A stretch of DNA of 64,000 nucleotides from Octopus sinensis (GCF_006345805.1 NC_043001.1:98580001-98644000); one strand, 5' to 3'. Shown: positions 1-13,881, counted from the stretch's first letter. Translations and numbers: made by a program. The notes: generated from the letters alone by a model not told the origin.

Positions 1-870
1 ATTTTGAATTCATATTTACTGCTGCAGAGGGACCAAAAACAGAGGAATTGAGGATGAAAGATTTGGTGTGGCTGGGATGAGGTGGGGGAAGTCAAGATTG
101 GTGTATGTGTCAGTGGGTTTCTAAAAGTCAGAGGTGGAGAGGGTAGAGAGGGTGGAGCTAGGGTAGTCAATGGAGATGATGACGTAAAGGAAATAAAGGA
201 AGGTTTCGGATGTGAACTGGAAAGAGGAGTTCCAGTGAACTAACAAAGGAGATAAAAGTGTTCTTTGCAAAAAAGGGAGTGGTCCTGAAATAGTCATTAA
301 GAAACTGGCCACACAGCTCTGGAGAAATGGGGACTGGTGAACTGAGAGAAAATTTGAAGACCTAAAATAACCAACAAATAAGCTGGCATAGTTGGGTCCT
401 CTCCATGTTCCTATGACCACTCCAGTGATCTGCTCATACATCTAATCCACGTAAAAAAAAGCAGTTGAGGGTGAGAACCAGTTTGGCTAGATGGAGGAGT
501 GTGGTGTGTAAGAGAAAGAAATGTTTGAGAGCTTAATGGCCTTCAATGTGAAGGATGAAGTATAAAGAAATGATATCCATGGTGCAAATAAGACAAGAAG
601 GTCAGGGGGATATGAAGACGGAGTTGAAGAGATGGAGGGTATGATTGGTGTTGTGGATATGGCAGAGGAGGGCAGCACCAGGGGTTCAAGGAGGATATCA
701 AGGTAGTGAGAAATGAGTTTAGTGGATTAGTTAAGACAAGGGACGATGGTCCAGCCAAAATTTTCAGAGATTTGTGATCTTCATGAAGAAACAGATAATG
801 GAGGTATGGGGTATGTGGACAATAAAGAGTGAAGCAGTTGAAGAAAAGAAGGAAAGAAGAAATGAGCTGG
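1..870 (-). mobile_element. Decayed Penelope-like (PLE) reverse transcriptase fragment
   Basis: ORF 121-441 YEQITGVVIGTWRGPNYASLFVGY resembles the PLE RT motif YxQxxGxAMGTxxxPxYAxLFM. Upstream frames give a 'MDIISLYT'-type motif. Frameshifted. Confidence 0.7.
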
Positions 871-1287
871 ATGATGGTGTGTGTGTGTACATACGTATGT
901 ATAGTTATTTAACAAAGATCCCTAATTATTATCATATTCTGATCTGATGACATATATGACTAAGTCTATCCATTCACTGTAGAGAATGATCTCTTGGATA
1001 AAAGGAGTTCTCAGATCAAGAAGAATCTACTTTAGTCACATGCACTTAACGTGTGTCCCAACCTCATTGAATGTAAATCATAAAAGGCAATAGTTTTCTA
1101 TTATGCCAGGTAAAGAACAAGTATTTACAACACTGTCTGGGTATGGATATAGTAACAACTGACTAACCATTGTCTAGAATTTTTTTGTATGTTTTTGTTA
1201 GCTTTATCATCATCATCATTATCATTTTTATCATCATCATCATCACTATTATCATTATTCTCGTTGTTAATATTATTATCATTATTA

Positions 1288-2503
1288 TTAGGTCATCCCC
1301 TAAATAATGCAGTTTTCTTTATGCTTCTTTTATTTTTCAAGATTAAAATAAACAAAGTTCTTTTTTAATCTAAAATATACTCTTCTTCATTTTCTTCAAT
1401 GCTCTTCCATCTTTCTGGTAGACTTGCAAGGCTCCTCTTCCAAAATTCACTTGTCTGTGATGAAAAATACTCTTCCAGTACTGTTCTGACCTTGTCTACA
1501 GAAATTTTTCTTCCATACAAATGATTTTGAAGATTGTGGATAATCAGATGGAGCAATGTCCAGTGAATATGGTTGGTGGGGCATCATTTCCCGTTCAGAC
1601 TGCTCCAGCCTTTGGAATGTCATCCTCACTGTATGTGGCCAAGCATTATCTTAATGGAAGAACACCCTTTTCTCTTGAAACCAAAGATGACTTTAGCCAC
1701 TCAATAGATCTCCTTTGTTATCGTTTGGTTTGGGTTTAAAAGTTCAAAGTGGACTAAACCTTTCAAATCTCGCCAAACAGATAACAACACCTTATGTGGG
1801 TGAAGACCGTCTTTAGTCTGGGGTGCCAGTGTTTCTCCTTTCTTTATCCACTGTCTTCGGCGGTTGACATTTTTACAGAGAACCCATTTCTCACCATCAA
1901 TCACTCTTCAGTCCAAAAAGGTTTCATTTGTGAGACGTGACAGCAAAGAAGAGTGCACATTCACTCTCTGTGCACAATTAGACTTGGAAGTTTGTGAGGA
2001 GCCCATTCACCCAATTTGCTGACTTTTCCAATGGTATGCAAGTGTCAATGAATGGTTGAATGACCAAATCTAAGCTTCTCTGCTAGTTCCTCAACAGTTA
2101 TGCAGGGTTTGCAGGATGTCCTTGTCAAGCTCTACAGATCTTCCAAGAAAGGCTCATCTTCTATGCTGTAGTTTCTGGCTCAGAATTTCTGGAACCACCA
2201 TTGACACAGGCTTACACTTATTGTCCAGTTCCCATATACTACATTAATATTCCTCACACTTTGCATTGCATTGTTGCCTTTATTGAACTCATAAGCAAAA
2301 TATGCCCCTTTGTCACTTCCATTACAGCTTTGAAAAAATAACTGTTAAAATCAAACTGCACTCTTCAAAACTTGCACTAAGAATAAGTACAAGGTAAACT
2401 TATGACCTGCTTTTATAGCAAGTTGATGCAGGTAGTTTATCCTCCCCCTCCAACTTTTAGTTCATGCAATTGAGCAAACCACATTATTTATGGGATGACC
2501 CAA
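1288..2503 (-). mobile_element. Mariner DNA transposon, decayed
   Basis: TIRs TTAGGTCATCCCCTAAATAATG / CATTATTTATGGGATGACCCAA flanked by TA. Transposase fragments IDGEKWV, HPHKVLLSVW, PYSLDIAPSDY, LPERWKSIEENEEEYI. Confidence 0.9.
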
Positions 2504-2514
2504 TATTATTATTA

Positions 2515-2717
2515 AGGCAACAAGCTGACTGAATTGTTAGCAAACCAGGGAAAAGGTTTAGCAGTACTTTGTCCATCTTTACATTCTGAATTCAAGTTCT
2601 GCCAAGGCAGACTTTGCCTTTCATCAGGATTGATGAAACAAGTTCCACTGGGGGCAATGTAATCAACTTGCTGGACTTGTGCTAAAATTTGAAACCATTA
2701 TCATCATCATCATCATC

Positions 2718-2749
<32 letters not shown>

Positions 2750-2967
2750 TATTAAGGCAGCAAGCTGGCAGAATTGTTAGCATGCTGAACAAAATGCTTA
2801 GCATATTTTGTCTGTTGCTACGTTCTGAGTTCAAATTCTGTTGGGGTCGACTTTACCTTTCATCCATTGAGGGTCAATAAAATAAGTCGTACTTGAACAC
2901 TTGGGTAGATGTAATTGACTCATCCTCTCTCCCAAAATTGCTGCCCTTGTGGCAAAATTTGAAACCA
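2515..2967 (+). mobile_element. Two tandem SINE copies (family A, GGCGGCGAGCTGGCAGAA head)
   Basis: Same sequence as 30479-30695 (GAGTTCAAATT B-box-like, GACTTTGCCTTTCATCC core), followed by (ATT/ATC)n tails. Confidence 0.75.
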
Positions 2968-3244
2968 TTATTATTATCGTTATTATTGTTTTACTTCCCA
3001 GAGCACTTGGTAGAGTATGGAGGACTGTTTTTTGTCCAACATGCTAAAGACCACCATGGAGGCAACTTAGGTCAACTTGACAGCCATATCTTATCCAAGC
3101 ACCCAAAGACCCAACACTTAGACAAATATGGGAGTATGTCCTTATAAATGAAACTTCCCCAATACTGAATAGGAAATATACATAGTAGATATCATAACAT
3201 CATACCCACAGTTTACACAGGTAGAGTAGAATAGTTAATAGACC

Positions 3245-3800
3245 GTTATGTAGATAGATGTATGTATGTGTGGGTGTGGGTGTGTGTGTATGCACATGTA
3301 TTTTTTTTTTGTATGTAAGCAGATTGATATGAAAATAAACAGATCAACATACAGATGAATAGGTTTGTAGGTTGTAAGAACAGACAAGCAAACAAGCACA
3401 CATACACAAATGGAGACTGAAACACATGACCATATATACACACACACTTTACTCCACACAAGGACACATATGGAGACACGGGTCCACACATATAGAGATG
3501 CACATCCATACATACAAACATGGTACATAGTTGCAAAACACACACACACACAGACATGTACACAAAGAGACAGAGGTGCATACATATACAAACACATGCT
3601 CACACACACACATACATAAAAAAAACACAAACATGGACATGCAAGCACATGAATATGCAGTATACATACATATATACATATGCATACACACACACATATA
3701 TATATACATACACACACATGCATACATACATATGTACATGCATGCATAGGCACACACACACACACTGACCCACACACATGCACACAAACAAACAAAAAGG
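3245..3800. repeat. Degenerate CA/TA microsatellite tract
   Basis: Low-complexity (CA)n/(CATA)n; source of spurious VCVC/HTHT ORFs. Confidence 0.9.
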
Positions 3801-4177
3801 AACAAAGTGTACATAACGGACAGAGTCAAGACTATTGAAAAGGTTGCAAGACGCAACAAAAATTTTAGGAAAATAAAAATAAGAAATAAGTGGAAATTTT
3901 ACCAGTGAGTGTGTTAAATTATAAGGCACAAAAAGAAAATGACTCTCCCCAGACAGAACAGAATATGTATGTATACGTTCATATATGTAAGTATTCATAT
4001 GTTATATATTATATAAGTATTCATATGTTATATATTATATAAGTATTCATATGTTCCAGCATGGTAGTATCTCTTAGATACCCTAAATTATGATTTTAAC
4101 AATAATTATTACCTTTGAAGGTTTTTATTCCCATGCTAGCCACTTGATAAGATCAATATGTAAATAACGATCTTATA

Positions 4178-4214
<37 letters not shown>

Positions 4215-4763
4215 GACTACTTTTAGTTTCTGCCTACCAAATCTACTCTCAAGATTTTGATTGGCCCAAGGCTTTAGTAGAAGACACTTGTTCAAGAGCC
4301 TCATAGAAATGATACTCTTGTTCATTTCTCAGTCCGGATTATGGTATATATGCAGAGATAACTGTTTCTATGATGTTGCCCATGACTACTCTAAGCTTAA
4401 AACTTAAAACTTTTATACCTATTCCATTGTTAGAGTGATAATGATCTCATGGTTCTATTTCTTGCAGACAATGCTCTGTAGCTGAGTGGTTTTGACATTT
4501 GAAGACAAGGGGAATTAAAAATACCTCACTTGGAAAACAACTAAGGACATTAACAGGAAGGACAGCTGACTGTAGAATTGTGCCTCAATAAGTCTTGTAC
4601 AACCCATACCAGCATGGTGGTTGTAAAAACAACAATAATGATTATTATAATGATGATGATATATTATTTAAATAATTCTAGCTTAATAACAAATTTTAAA
4701 ATATTTACAATTTTTTAAAACCTTCTCACTCAAGCTATAGAGTTTTAAAGTTATCCCTACAGA

Positions 4764-5951
4764 TCATCATCATCATCATCATCATCATCGTTTAGCATCC
4801 GCTTTCCATGCTAGCATGGGTTGGACGGTTCAGCTGGGGTCTGGGAAGCCAGAACGCTGCACCAGGCCCAGTCTGATCTGGCAATGTTTCTACGGCTGGA
4901 TGTCCTTCCTAACGCCAACCACTCCGTGAGTGTAGTGGGTGCTTTTTACGTGCCACCAGCACAGGTGCCAGACGAGGCTGGCAAACAGCCACAATCAGAT
5001 GGTGCTTTTTACGTGCCACCGGCATGGGGGCCAGGTGAGGTTGGCAACAGCCACGAAAGGATGGTGCTTTTTACGTGCCACCAGCACGAGGCCAGTCGGG
5101 GCGGCGCTGGCAACGGCCACGTTCAGATGGTTCTCTTCGTGCCAACGGCACTGGTATCACAGCTGCAATATCCATTGATGTTGATTGATTTCGATTCTCA
5201 CTTGCCTCAACAGGTCTTCACAAGTAGAGTTTTGTGTCCCAAGAAGGAAAGGTATGCATAAGTGGACTGGCTACATCCCATGTAGAAGCCACAGGTTATG
5301 GTCTCACTTGTCCTGTCGGGTCTTCTCACGCACAGCATACTTCCAAAGGTCTCGGTCTCTAGTCATTTCCTCAGTGAGACCTAAAGTCCGAAGGTCATGC
5401 TTCACCACCTCATCCCAGGTTTTCCTGGGTCTGCCTCTTCCACAGGTTCCCTCAACCGCTAGGGTGTGGCACTTTTTCACACAACTATCTTCATCCATTC
5501 TCACCACATGACCATACCAGCGCAAACGTTTCTCTTGCACACCACAACTGATGCTTCTTAGGTCCAGCTTTTCTCTCAAGGTACTTACACTCTGTCGAGT
5601 ATGAACACTGACATTACACATCCATCGGAGCATACTGGCTTCATTTCTTGTGAGCTTACGCATATCCTCAGCAGTCACGGCCCATGTTTCACTGCCATGT
5701 AGCATGGCTGTTCGTACACACGCGTCATACAGTCTGCCTTTTACTCTGAATGAGAGGCCTTTTGTCACCAGCAGAGGTAAGAGCTCTCTGAACTTTGCCC
5801 AAGCTATTCTTACTCTAGCAGTTACACTTTCAGCACACCCGCCCCCGCTACTGACTTGGTCACCTAGGTAACGGAAGCTATCAACTATTTCTAGTTTTTC
5901 TCCCTGGAATGTGGCAGAAGTTGGTCTCAGAGCATCTCCAGTGTTTAATTC
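4764..5951 (-). mobile_element. 5'-truncated RTE-clade LINE
   Basis: ORF 5304-5972 FRYLGD...ARVRIAWAKFRELLPLL...RLRWYGHVVRM...GRGRPRKTW. The 3' UTR has tandem GGTGCTTTTTACGTGCCACC repeats, followed by a (GAT)n tail. Putative TSD CTACAGA on both sides. Confidence 0.92.
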
Positions 5952-6222
5952 TACAGAAATTAGAACCAGCACTAATTTCTATAGAATATCTGAGAGATAA
6001 CTTTACAAAAAGTTAATTAATAACACTACCTATACAGGTGAAACACAGTATTGACTTATAAGTCTTTAACATACTTAGTAGTATATTGTGTTTGCATAAT
6101 GGAATACGGTGTTCCAACATGCAATCAAGCTACAGAATGCTAAAGGCAATCAGACACATGTAAAATGTAGGCAAAAAATTGGGGGAAAGAAGTCATCAAA
6201 AATGTTATCATTTTATGAATAC

Positions 6223-6389
6223 CTGAGTTTTTCTTAACTTGAGTCTTCCTTGAGGAACATTGAAGAAAATATCCTCTTGAATTAATAAATCAGTTCTTGC
6301 TCCACTCTCCAGATGGACTTTTTCTTTCAGCTGTTCTACATCTTTTACTCTAGATTTTATTTCTATGTTAGTATGCATCTTCAAGAATC
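6223..6389 (-). CDS. Exon of a CYTH-domain (CyaB/class IV adenylate cyclase-like, triphosphate tunnel metalloenzyme) protein, N-terminal part
   Basis: Acceptor ttctcgttcaattag and donor CAG|gtattc. From ATG 6378 it reads MHTNIEIKSRVKDVEQLKEKVHLESGARTDLLIQEDIFFNVPQGRLKLRKTQ, matching the CYTH motifs (N/E)xExK, QxDxFF and GRLKLR. No downstream exon was found in the window. Confidence 0.88.
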
Positions 6390-8554
6390 CTAATTGAACG
6401 AGAAATTAACAAGCCAATTAATCAAAACACATATTTATTTCATTAATTTTACTACTATTTATATTGTATTTCAAATTATTTGGATCAGGTTATATTTTCT
6501 GCAAAATAAACAGTGTGCTTACGAACTATAAAAACTATGGTTCTATAAAATGATTCTCAATTTTTTTACTTTCTGATACACTGGAGATTGAATTTTAAAA
6601 AAATAAACAGGAACACTTCTTATAGAAAGTTAAAAGAAAGAAACAAATAACAATGTTTTCAAAATAAAAAAAATACTTAAAAATATAAATCACTAATGCT
6701 TACCTTGTTTTATTTTAATCACATAAAGACAGACAGACAGAGACACACTCACACATACATACATACATACATACACACACACACATGCACATGAATGTAT
6801 GTATGTACATACACACACACACACATGATAGGCTTCTTCTTTCAGTTTCCGTCTGCCAAATCTAATAACAAAGCTGTTTTTGATCGGCTTCAGTCTGTAG
6901 CAGAAGACACTTAACAAAGGTGCCGCAGAGTATGACTAAACCTAAGACCACATTGTTGGGAAGCAAACTTCTTAATCACACAGTCATGCTTAACAGACTT
7001 CCACACAGTTTCCATCAAGCAAATTTCACTACTAAAGTATTGGTCAACCCAAGGCTATAGAAGAATATACTCACCCATAGTGCAGTACTGTGGGATCAAA
7101 CCCAGTTTGATATGGTTACAAAGCAAACGTCTTAACCATACAACCATGTTTTTTGCAGATGAAATGAAATATCAGTTTTTTTGTCCAGCCCGAAGTCAGC
7201 GTCAGTCCTTTAGCATTCAGATTATTCTATCAAATGAAATGCTTATTTATTTACATTGCTTATTTATCAAATGCTTATTTATTCACAACTTCAAAATTTC
7301 AATGATGTGATGGTTTCTTTTTAGAATGACATTGAACCATAGGCATAAGAGGCCAGATATGACCAGTTTGAATGTAAAACAGGTAGAATATTTGAGCTGG
7401 ATATGGCTAGATTAAATGCTAATCATGTCAATAATAAAGTATCCCAAACATGTCCATCCCATCACTTTTTTCTCTTCCAGACATGATGTATCTAGAACTA
7501 CATTATCTAATGTGCCCTTTTTTAAGATAGTAGTGTACGACTTAAGAGAGTCTTAATTGCTATTTCTAACAAGTCAAGTAACCACTTAAAGGTTATGCCA
7601 CTGATTGGAATGAAAATCCCCTTGTTACAGTTGTTGTTGATGTTGATGATGATGATGTTGTTCAGTGGTGGTGGGGTTGGGATGTTAAGCCACAGGTTAG
7701 GTCTGTCTGTGCAAACTGTAACAATTTTTTTTTTTTGTCTTTAGTAAGTATTATTTCCTATTTACTTCTAAAAATCAAAGAAACTGACAACTATTCACTT
7801 CAAACCTTGCTTTTGAGACCTGGACATCAATGTTTTGAAACTGACCTATTTTCCATCACATTTCAGACAGATTCTGCACTAAGTTGCTGAAGTAGAAATG
7901 TCACTGTATCAAATATTCTGCTCAATACCACAGATTTGTTTGTCAGTTAATTGACCTTAACCACTTGAGCATGTCCTTTAGTGGCTGATAATATGTGCAT
8001 CTCTGATTATGAGCAGGAGTAGTGGAGGAGCATCATAGCCATGTGTTGAGAGGGATTCTTTGGGGTTTGAATAAATGTAACAAAAGCAAAGTTTGAAGGA
8101 AATATTAGTCATTTTTCATACTTACTAGGGTTAGGCAAATAGGAAATAACAGTTGCTACCCATGGACAAAAAAGTGATACACAGTGCAATCAAAAGCATA
8201 GCAGCCACTAAATTGGCAGAGTCATTAGTGTGTCAGATAGAATGCATCATGGTATTTGTTCCAAATCTCTATGCTCTGAGTTCAAATCTCTTCAAGGTCA
8301 AATTTGCCTTTCATCCTTTTGAGGTTGATAAAAAAAATAGTAGCCATTTATGGTGGTGGATTGGTAGAAATGTAAGAATTCCAGACCAGAAGCTTCACGG
8401 TATTTGTTCTGGCTCTTTGGATTCTGAGTTCAAATCCTATCATAGCCTACATGGGTGATAGCTTTAATCCATTACTCAGTTTGATGTTACCACCTAGCAC
8501 CTGAGGTACTTATAGTGGAGTCCACTAAGTGGCAATCATCCAGGTCAGTGCTAT

Positions 8555-8745
8555 TTGGTAGATAAAGCAATTAAGAGTATGAAGACAAGGAAAGCCCCCG
8601 GCCCATCAGGAATCACTGCAGTAATGTTCAAAATATCTGGCAGTGTTGGCTATAAGCCTAGTCACCCGCATAGTTAACCAGGTGATACATGAAGGAGTCA
8701 TACCCAATGACTGGTGTAGTAGCACCATAGTCAACTGCTACAAAG
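8555..8745 (+). mobile_element. Internal RTE LINE fragment
   Basis: Matches 38185-38370 (VDKAIKSMKTxKAPGPSGIT...VIHEGVIPND). Confidence 0.8.
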
Positions 8746-9256
8746 TTATATAGCTATTATTAAATTATGATTAATGAAAATAGAGGCAAGCAAGAATGAG
8801 AGACTGTTGCAAATAAAAATGGAAAACGATGCCTGCAACAAATTATTAGTGCTTATTATTAAACATTAAAATCTACTCCACAATGAATGCAATGAATATT
8901 TAAATTCATGAAGAATTGTACACAGAGAATGCAAAGAACATTTAAATCTGAGAGAATTTGGGGTTAAAAATTTTCAATAAACTTCAGAAATCAAAATTAT
9001 AAGCAATTTGTCATAACATGAATTTATAAAAAATATTTCCAGATGGTCAAGCTTTTAATATTGCTTTCTTTTAGTACTTTTAGTAATTGTTACATACCTA
9101 ATTAATGAGTAGCCTTCTCCATTATAGTATACATACACACACATATATATATACATACATTATACCTATATATTTATATATATATATATAAATTTTATTT
9201 GTTAGGGAATAAAAATTCCGGCATAACAGAGGTTCAAATTATTCTCAATGAAGAAA

Positions 9257-9882
9257 TATACATTTTGATTTAGAGATAGGAGGCCCCTTCATCTCACCAT
9301 ATAAAAAAGAATTTTTATTTTAAATACCTACTGTTTTATAACTTGGTTACACGTGTTTCATGAGGTACATTCCCCGGTTCCCTAACCACTCCGTGTTTTG
9401 CTGGAACCCTTCTTAAAATGTAACCCCAATCATCATCCCTTATATCACTTTATCATCGTTCAATACTATAAACTATATTTTAATTTTTTTTAAACCCTTA
9501 AGTATGTGTAAAATAGGTATGTTTAAATTAGGTTCGCTAGACCCTAGAGTACAAGCCATAATTCAGATAAAAATTCAAATAAAAAGTTACAAAAATAAAG
9601 TAAGAAATAAAAAATAAAAATGCTAAAAAAATATACGAAAAATTTTTTTAAAAATTAAAATATAGTTTATAGTATTGAACGATGATAAAGTGATATAAGG
9701 GCCTGATGACTGGGGTTACATTTTAAGAAGGGTCCCAGTAAAACATGGAGTGGTTTAGGAACTGGGGAATGTACCTCATGAAACATGTGTAGCCATGTTA
9801 TAAAACAGTAGGTATTTAAAATAAAAATTCTTTTTTATATGGTGAGATGAAGGAGCCTACTATCTCTAAATTAAAATATATA
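9257..9882. repeat. Fold-back element (arms about 230 bp, spacer about 150 bp) with hammerhead-like cores
   Basis: 9269-9494 is the reverse complement of about 9647-9870. Lies next to (TA)n. CTGATGA at 9703 and GAAACATGTGTA at 9780. Confidence 0.85.
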
Positions 9883-9977
9883 TATATTTTTTTGTGTGTA
9901 TATATATATATGTATATATGTATGTATGTACATATATACATATATATGCATATATTTATATATACATATATACATAC

Positions 9978-10039
<62 letters not shown>

Positions 10040-10067
10040 ACACACATATATATATACATATATATAT

Positions 10068-10442
10068 ATCATCAGCGTTTAGCGTCCGCTTTCCATGCTA
10101 GCATGGATTGGACGGTTCAACTGGGGTCTGGGAAGCCAGAAGGCTGGACCAGGCCCAGTTTGATCTGGCAATGTTTCTACAGCTGGATGCCCTTCCTAAC
10201 GCCAACCACTCCATGAGTGTAGTGGGTGCTTTTTACGTGCCACCGGCACAGGTGCCAGACGAGTCTGGCAAACGGCCACGATCGAATGGTGCTTTTTATG
10301 TGACACTGGCACAGGGGCCAGGCGAGGCTGGCAACGGCCACGAACGGATGGTGCTTTTTACGTGCCACCGGCACGAGGCCAGTCGGGGCGGCGCTGGCAA
10401 TGGCCATGAACGGATGGTGCTTTTTACGTGCCACCGGCATGA
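10068..10442 (-). mobile_element. RTE LINE 3' UTR fragment
   Basis: Near-identical to 4780-5130. Confidence 0.85.
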
Positions 10443-10518
10443 ATACATATATATACATATGTACATACATGCAAATATATATATATATATATATTTACAT
10501 ACACATATATATATATAT

Positions 10519-10556
<38 letters not shown>

Positions 10557-10559
<3 letters not shown>

Positions 10560-10932
10560 CAATAATAAATCTCTGAGTGAGGTATAAACAGTAGCTGCAC
10601 GACATCGCGAAGTATATTTGCCACTTAAATGTGGCTAACCCTTAAGGGTGGATGCTACTGTAGCTTGTAGCCCCAGAAGGACACCTCCTCCAGCTGGCTA
10701 TTAACACACTTTCTGTGCCCTATCAGTATTTGAAAGGGAAAGCCATCCTTCCCATCTTCAATCTGATATGATACATACGGACTCGAGTTTCTGGGTACTG
10801 ACCCGTCATTAGCGTGTGACAATCACCAATTACTGATGAAAAGTGGGTTCCCTTTGCAAATATATATCTTTTTCCAGTGACGAAAAGTCACTGATATCGA
10901 AAATGTGTAAACAAGCAATAATAAATCTCTGA
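10557..10932. repeat. 356-nt unit bounded by a 20-bp direct repeat
   Basis: AAGCAATAATAAATCTCTGA at 10557-10576 and 10913-10932. Internal hairpin CAGTGAC-GAAAA-GTCACTG. Confidence 0.7.
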
Positions 10933-12371
10933 TTCTGGACCATGGAATATCTGTTTTTGGCTATGGTTGCCATTTAGTGGTAGGTGCTTTTGCAGCTAAG
11001 GCACACCCTCTGCATGCTTTCACTATTTCTTAAATGTCACAGTCCATTGCTGCCTAATATACATAGCTTCTCATTAACGATTTTATTCTCGAAAGCCTTG
11101 GGAGACCAATGTGAAATTCCTTTAGTAATCTCCTCTGTAGTATGGCTGGCACTACGACTCTTTTGTGCGTACATCAATGCACTGTCACACATTGAGAATA
11201 GGTTTGAATTTGCGTTGCACATATTTCTATCTCTTTTAGCCTTCAGCATTTCTCTCATTTTTTTAATGAATTGATTGTCTTCTTATTTTAATTTTGTCTT
11301 GTAATGTGACTGGCAGTTCACATATGACATTACACAAAACATTTTTAATTTAATTTTCTGCTCGCAACGCAACAAACACATTTTCAAATGGTTCAGCATT
11401 TTTTGAAATCAGTCTAGAGAAACAATCAGCAGGTCCTAATTTCTTAGATGGTATATACTTTATCTTAAAATCATAGTTTAATAATAAAGTACCCCAACAT
11501 TGAAACTTATTAGCAGTATGGGCAGGGATTACTTTCTTCAACCCATATATAGATAATAACAGACAATGATCAGTCTGTGGTCAAAAACTTCTACTGCGTA
11601 AAAATCTATGCAATTTTTGTTATGGCAAAAATAATTGCTAGAGCCTCTTGCAAAGTTGTTATATTTGTCAGATGGACTACACTTTTAATTGTGTCTGCTC
11701 TCGACAGATCTGGTCAACATTCATTTCTATCAAGGATTTGTCCTAAATATTTTATTCTTGATAAGAAAAATTCACACCTTTCTTCACTCAAAGTAAAGCC
11801 ATAATCCCTAATTTTTTTTTCGAACACATATTTTACATGCTCTACATGTTGATCCCTGGATGTTAATGAGTATATCATCCAGCTATTGAATTGTGAATTC
11901 AGTCCACTAACAATCACTGGTGTGACTTTTTAACCAAATGGTAACCTGTTGTATTTATACTGTCCCTTATGTGTATTAATTGCTATGTATTTAGAGCACT
12001 CACCATCTACTCTAATATGCTGGTATGCATCAGAGAGATCCAATTTAGAAAATATCTTGCCACTGTTTAAGTTTGCAAATATGTCCTCTGGAGTAGGTAG
12101 CAGATAGTGAAACATTTTAAGACAGTCATCTAAACCAGTGCAAAAATCAGCACACACTGTGATTTTATTATTCTTTTTCTTAACATATACAGTTGGTGAT
12201 GCCCATTGACTATATTCCACTCTTTGGGTAACTCCAATTTTTTCTAATCTCTAACTCAGTTTATCTGTTTTAATGCTGCAAATGATGCAGTTCATTTTAG
12301 TTTAAATACCAGTATGGCATTTTCTTTTACTTGAAACTTCACCTTTGTTTTGGAGCACAGACCTAATTCAT

Positions 12372-12571
12372 CAGACAGAACCTCAGAAAAAGTCTTTAAA
12401 AATTTTTATTTTAATTCATCTGACAACTTATTTCTACTAGTAGAAAAAACATTCACATTTTTACAGAAAAGCAGACAGAACCTCAGAAAAAGTCTTTTAA
12501 AATTTTTATTTTAATTCATCTGACAACTTATTTCTACTAGTAGAAAAAACAGTCACACTTTTACAGAAAAG
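12372..12571. repeat. 100-bp tandem duplication inside Gypsy pol
   Basis: CAGACAGAACCTCAGAAAAAG...TTACAGAAAAG occurs at 12372 and 12472. Confidence 0.9.
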
Positions 12572-13881
12572 ATTTATGAGGAAGTCCCATAAGTTAAATA
12601 ATTCCATCCAGTCTGCTCCAAATAGATTTGTCATATTATTCAACACAAAAATTTTGGCTTGTTAGGTTTTTCCAAAAAATGTAATATCACTTATCATTTA
12701 ACCCTTAAAATGTAACTCTTTTCCTGAAATACCACATGCAATTTTCGAAGCTTCTTTTAATCTAGGTCTCCTGGTTTTTCCTATGTATTAGTGTTAATTA
12801 TCAAGATATCACTGCCTGTATCCAATTGTAACTTTACGTTCGTGTTATTAATTGTTACATACACAAATTTGCTTTGAGGCTTGTTTGTATTTCTTGTCAC
12901 CGATAACCTGTTTACGTGATTTTTTTTCTGTTGAACTGTTTTTTTTTTTGGGGGGGGGGGGGTTACAGTGTGGTTTTTTAATGACCTATCTTACTACACT
13001 TGAAGCATTTTATATTTTTAAATGAACAGTTACTTTTAAAATGTAGACCACCACACCCATAACATGGATTCAGTCTCAACATTCTTTTCACATTTTTCAT
13101 ATTCGTTACTGGTCAACTCGCACGCAATCATTTTCTTCAATTTTATCTGCATCATGTCTTAGATTTATAATCCTATGGCATTCTTCTGCTACTGCCTACA
13201 GAGTTAATTCTTGATCCTGTTCTAATGTTGTTAATATCCAGGAATGTATATCTGCATCTTTGCTTGCAGTTAGCCCTTGAACAAAAATTAGACATTTGAA
13301 CATGTCCCATAATGAACATGTTCATTTAATTTGAATTTTTTACACTTTATGTTAACAACTCCAGCATAGGTAACAATATCTTCATCTTTTTTTAACAAAT
13401 TTAAACACTGCCAGTGAGTATTGAACAGGGAACTTCTTTCACTGAAAATTTTCAATAAAAAATTGTTTTATCAGAACAAATCTCATGTTTGGCAGAATAT
13501 AATTACTATTTTTTTTGTGTTCAGCAGGGGATAACTTTCTTAAAAGTAGTTGTACTTTTTACTCATCAGACCAATTTTTACATTCTTTAGAGATTTCTTC
13601 ATACCTTTGAAAATATACAGAGAAGGTAATCTCTTTTTCTGGCTTATAGCTGAAATCTTCAATTGAATTTGTTACACTGTCTGGCAAGTATGAACCTGAA
13701 ATATTTTCAGACTTCTTCAATATTAATTCCAGTAACTGTTGGTGTTGTTGTTGTTGCTGTTGCAGCAGCTGTTGTTGTTCCATGTTAAAATGATTTTTTT
13801 CTGTGATTTCATACCCCACCCCCCAAATTCTAAACATCCAACACAAGCTTCGAACTACTTGTTGCAACTTTCATATCCTGA

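Noticed and set aside
3235-3998. Long ORFs rich in VCVC/YIYI/HTHT (also at 9.8-10.6, 41.8, 47.1-48.3 and 56.5 kb)
   Set aside because: These are translations of dinucleotide microsatellites, not genes.
4821-5261. Repetitive ORFs 'GAFYVPPA' (also 10108 and 56106)
   Set aside because: Antisense readings of RTE 3' UTR tandem repeats.
13559-13867. Poly-Q ORF as a host gene
   Set aside because: It is the gag N-terminus of the Gypsy element.
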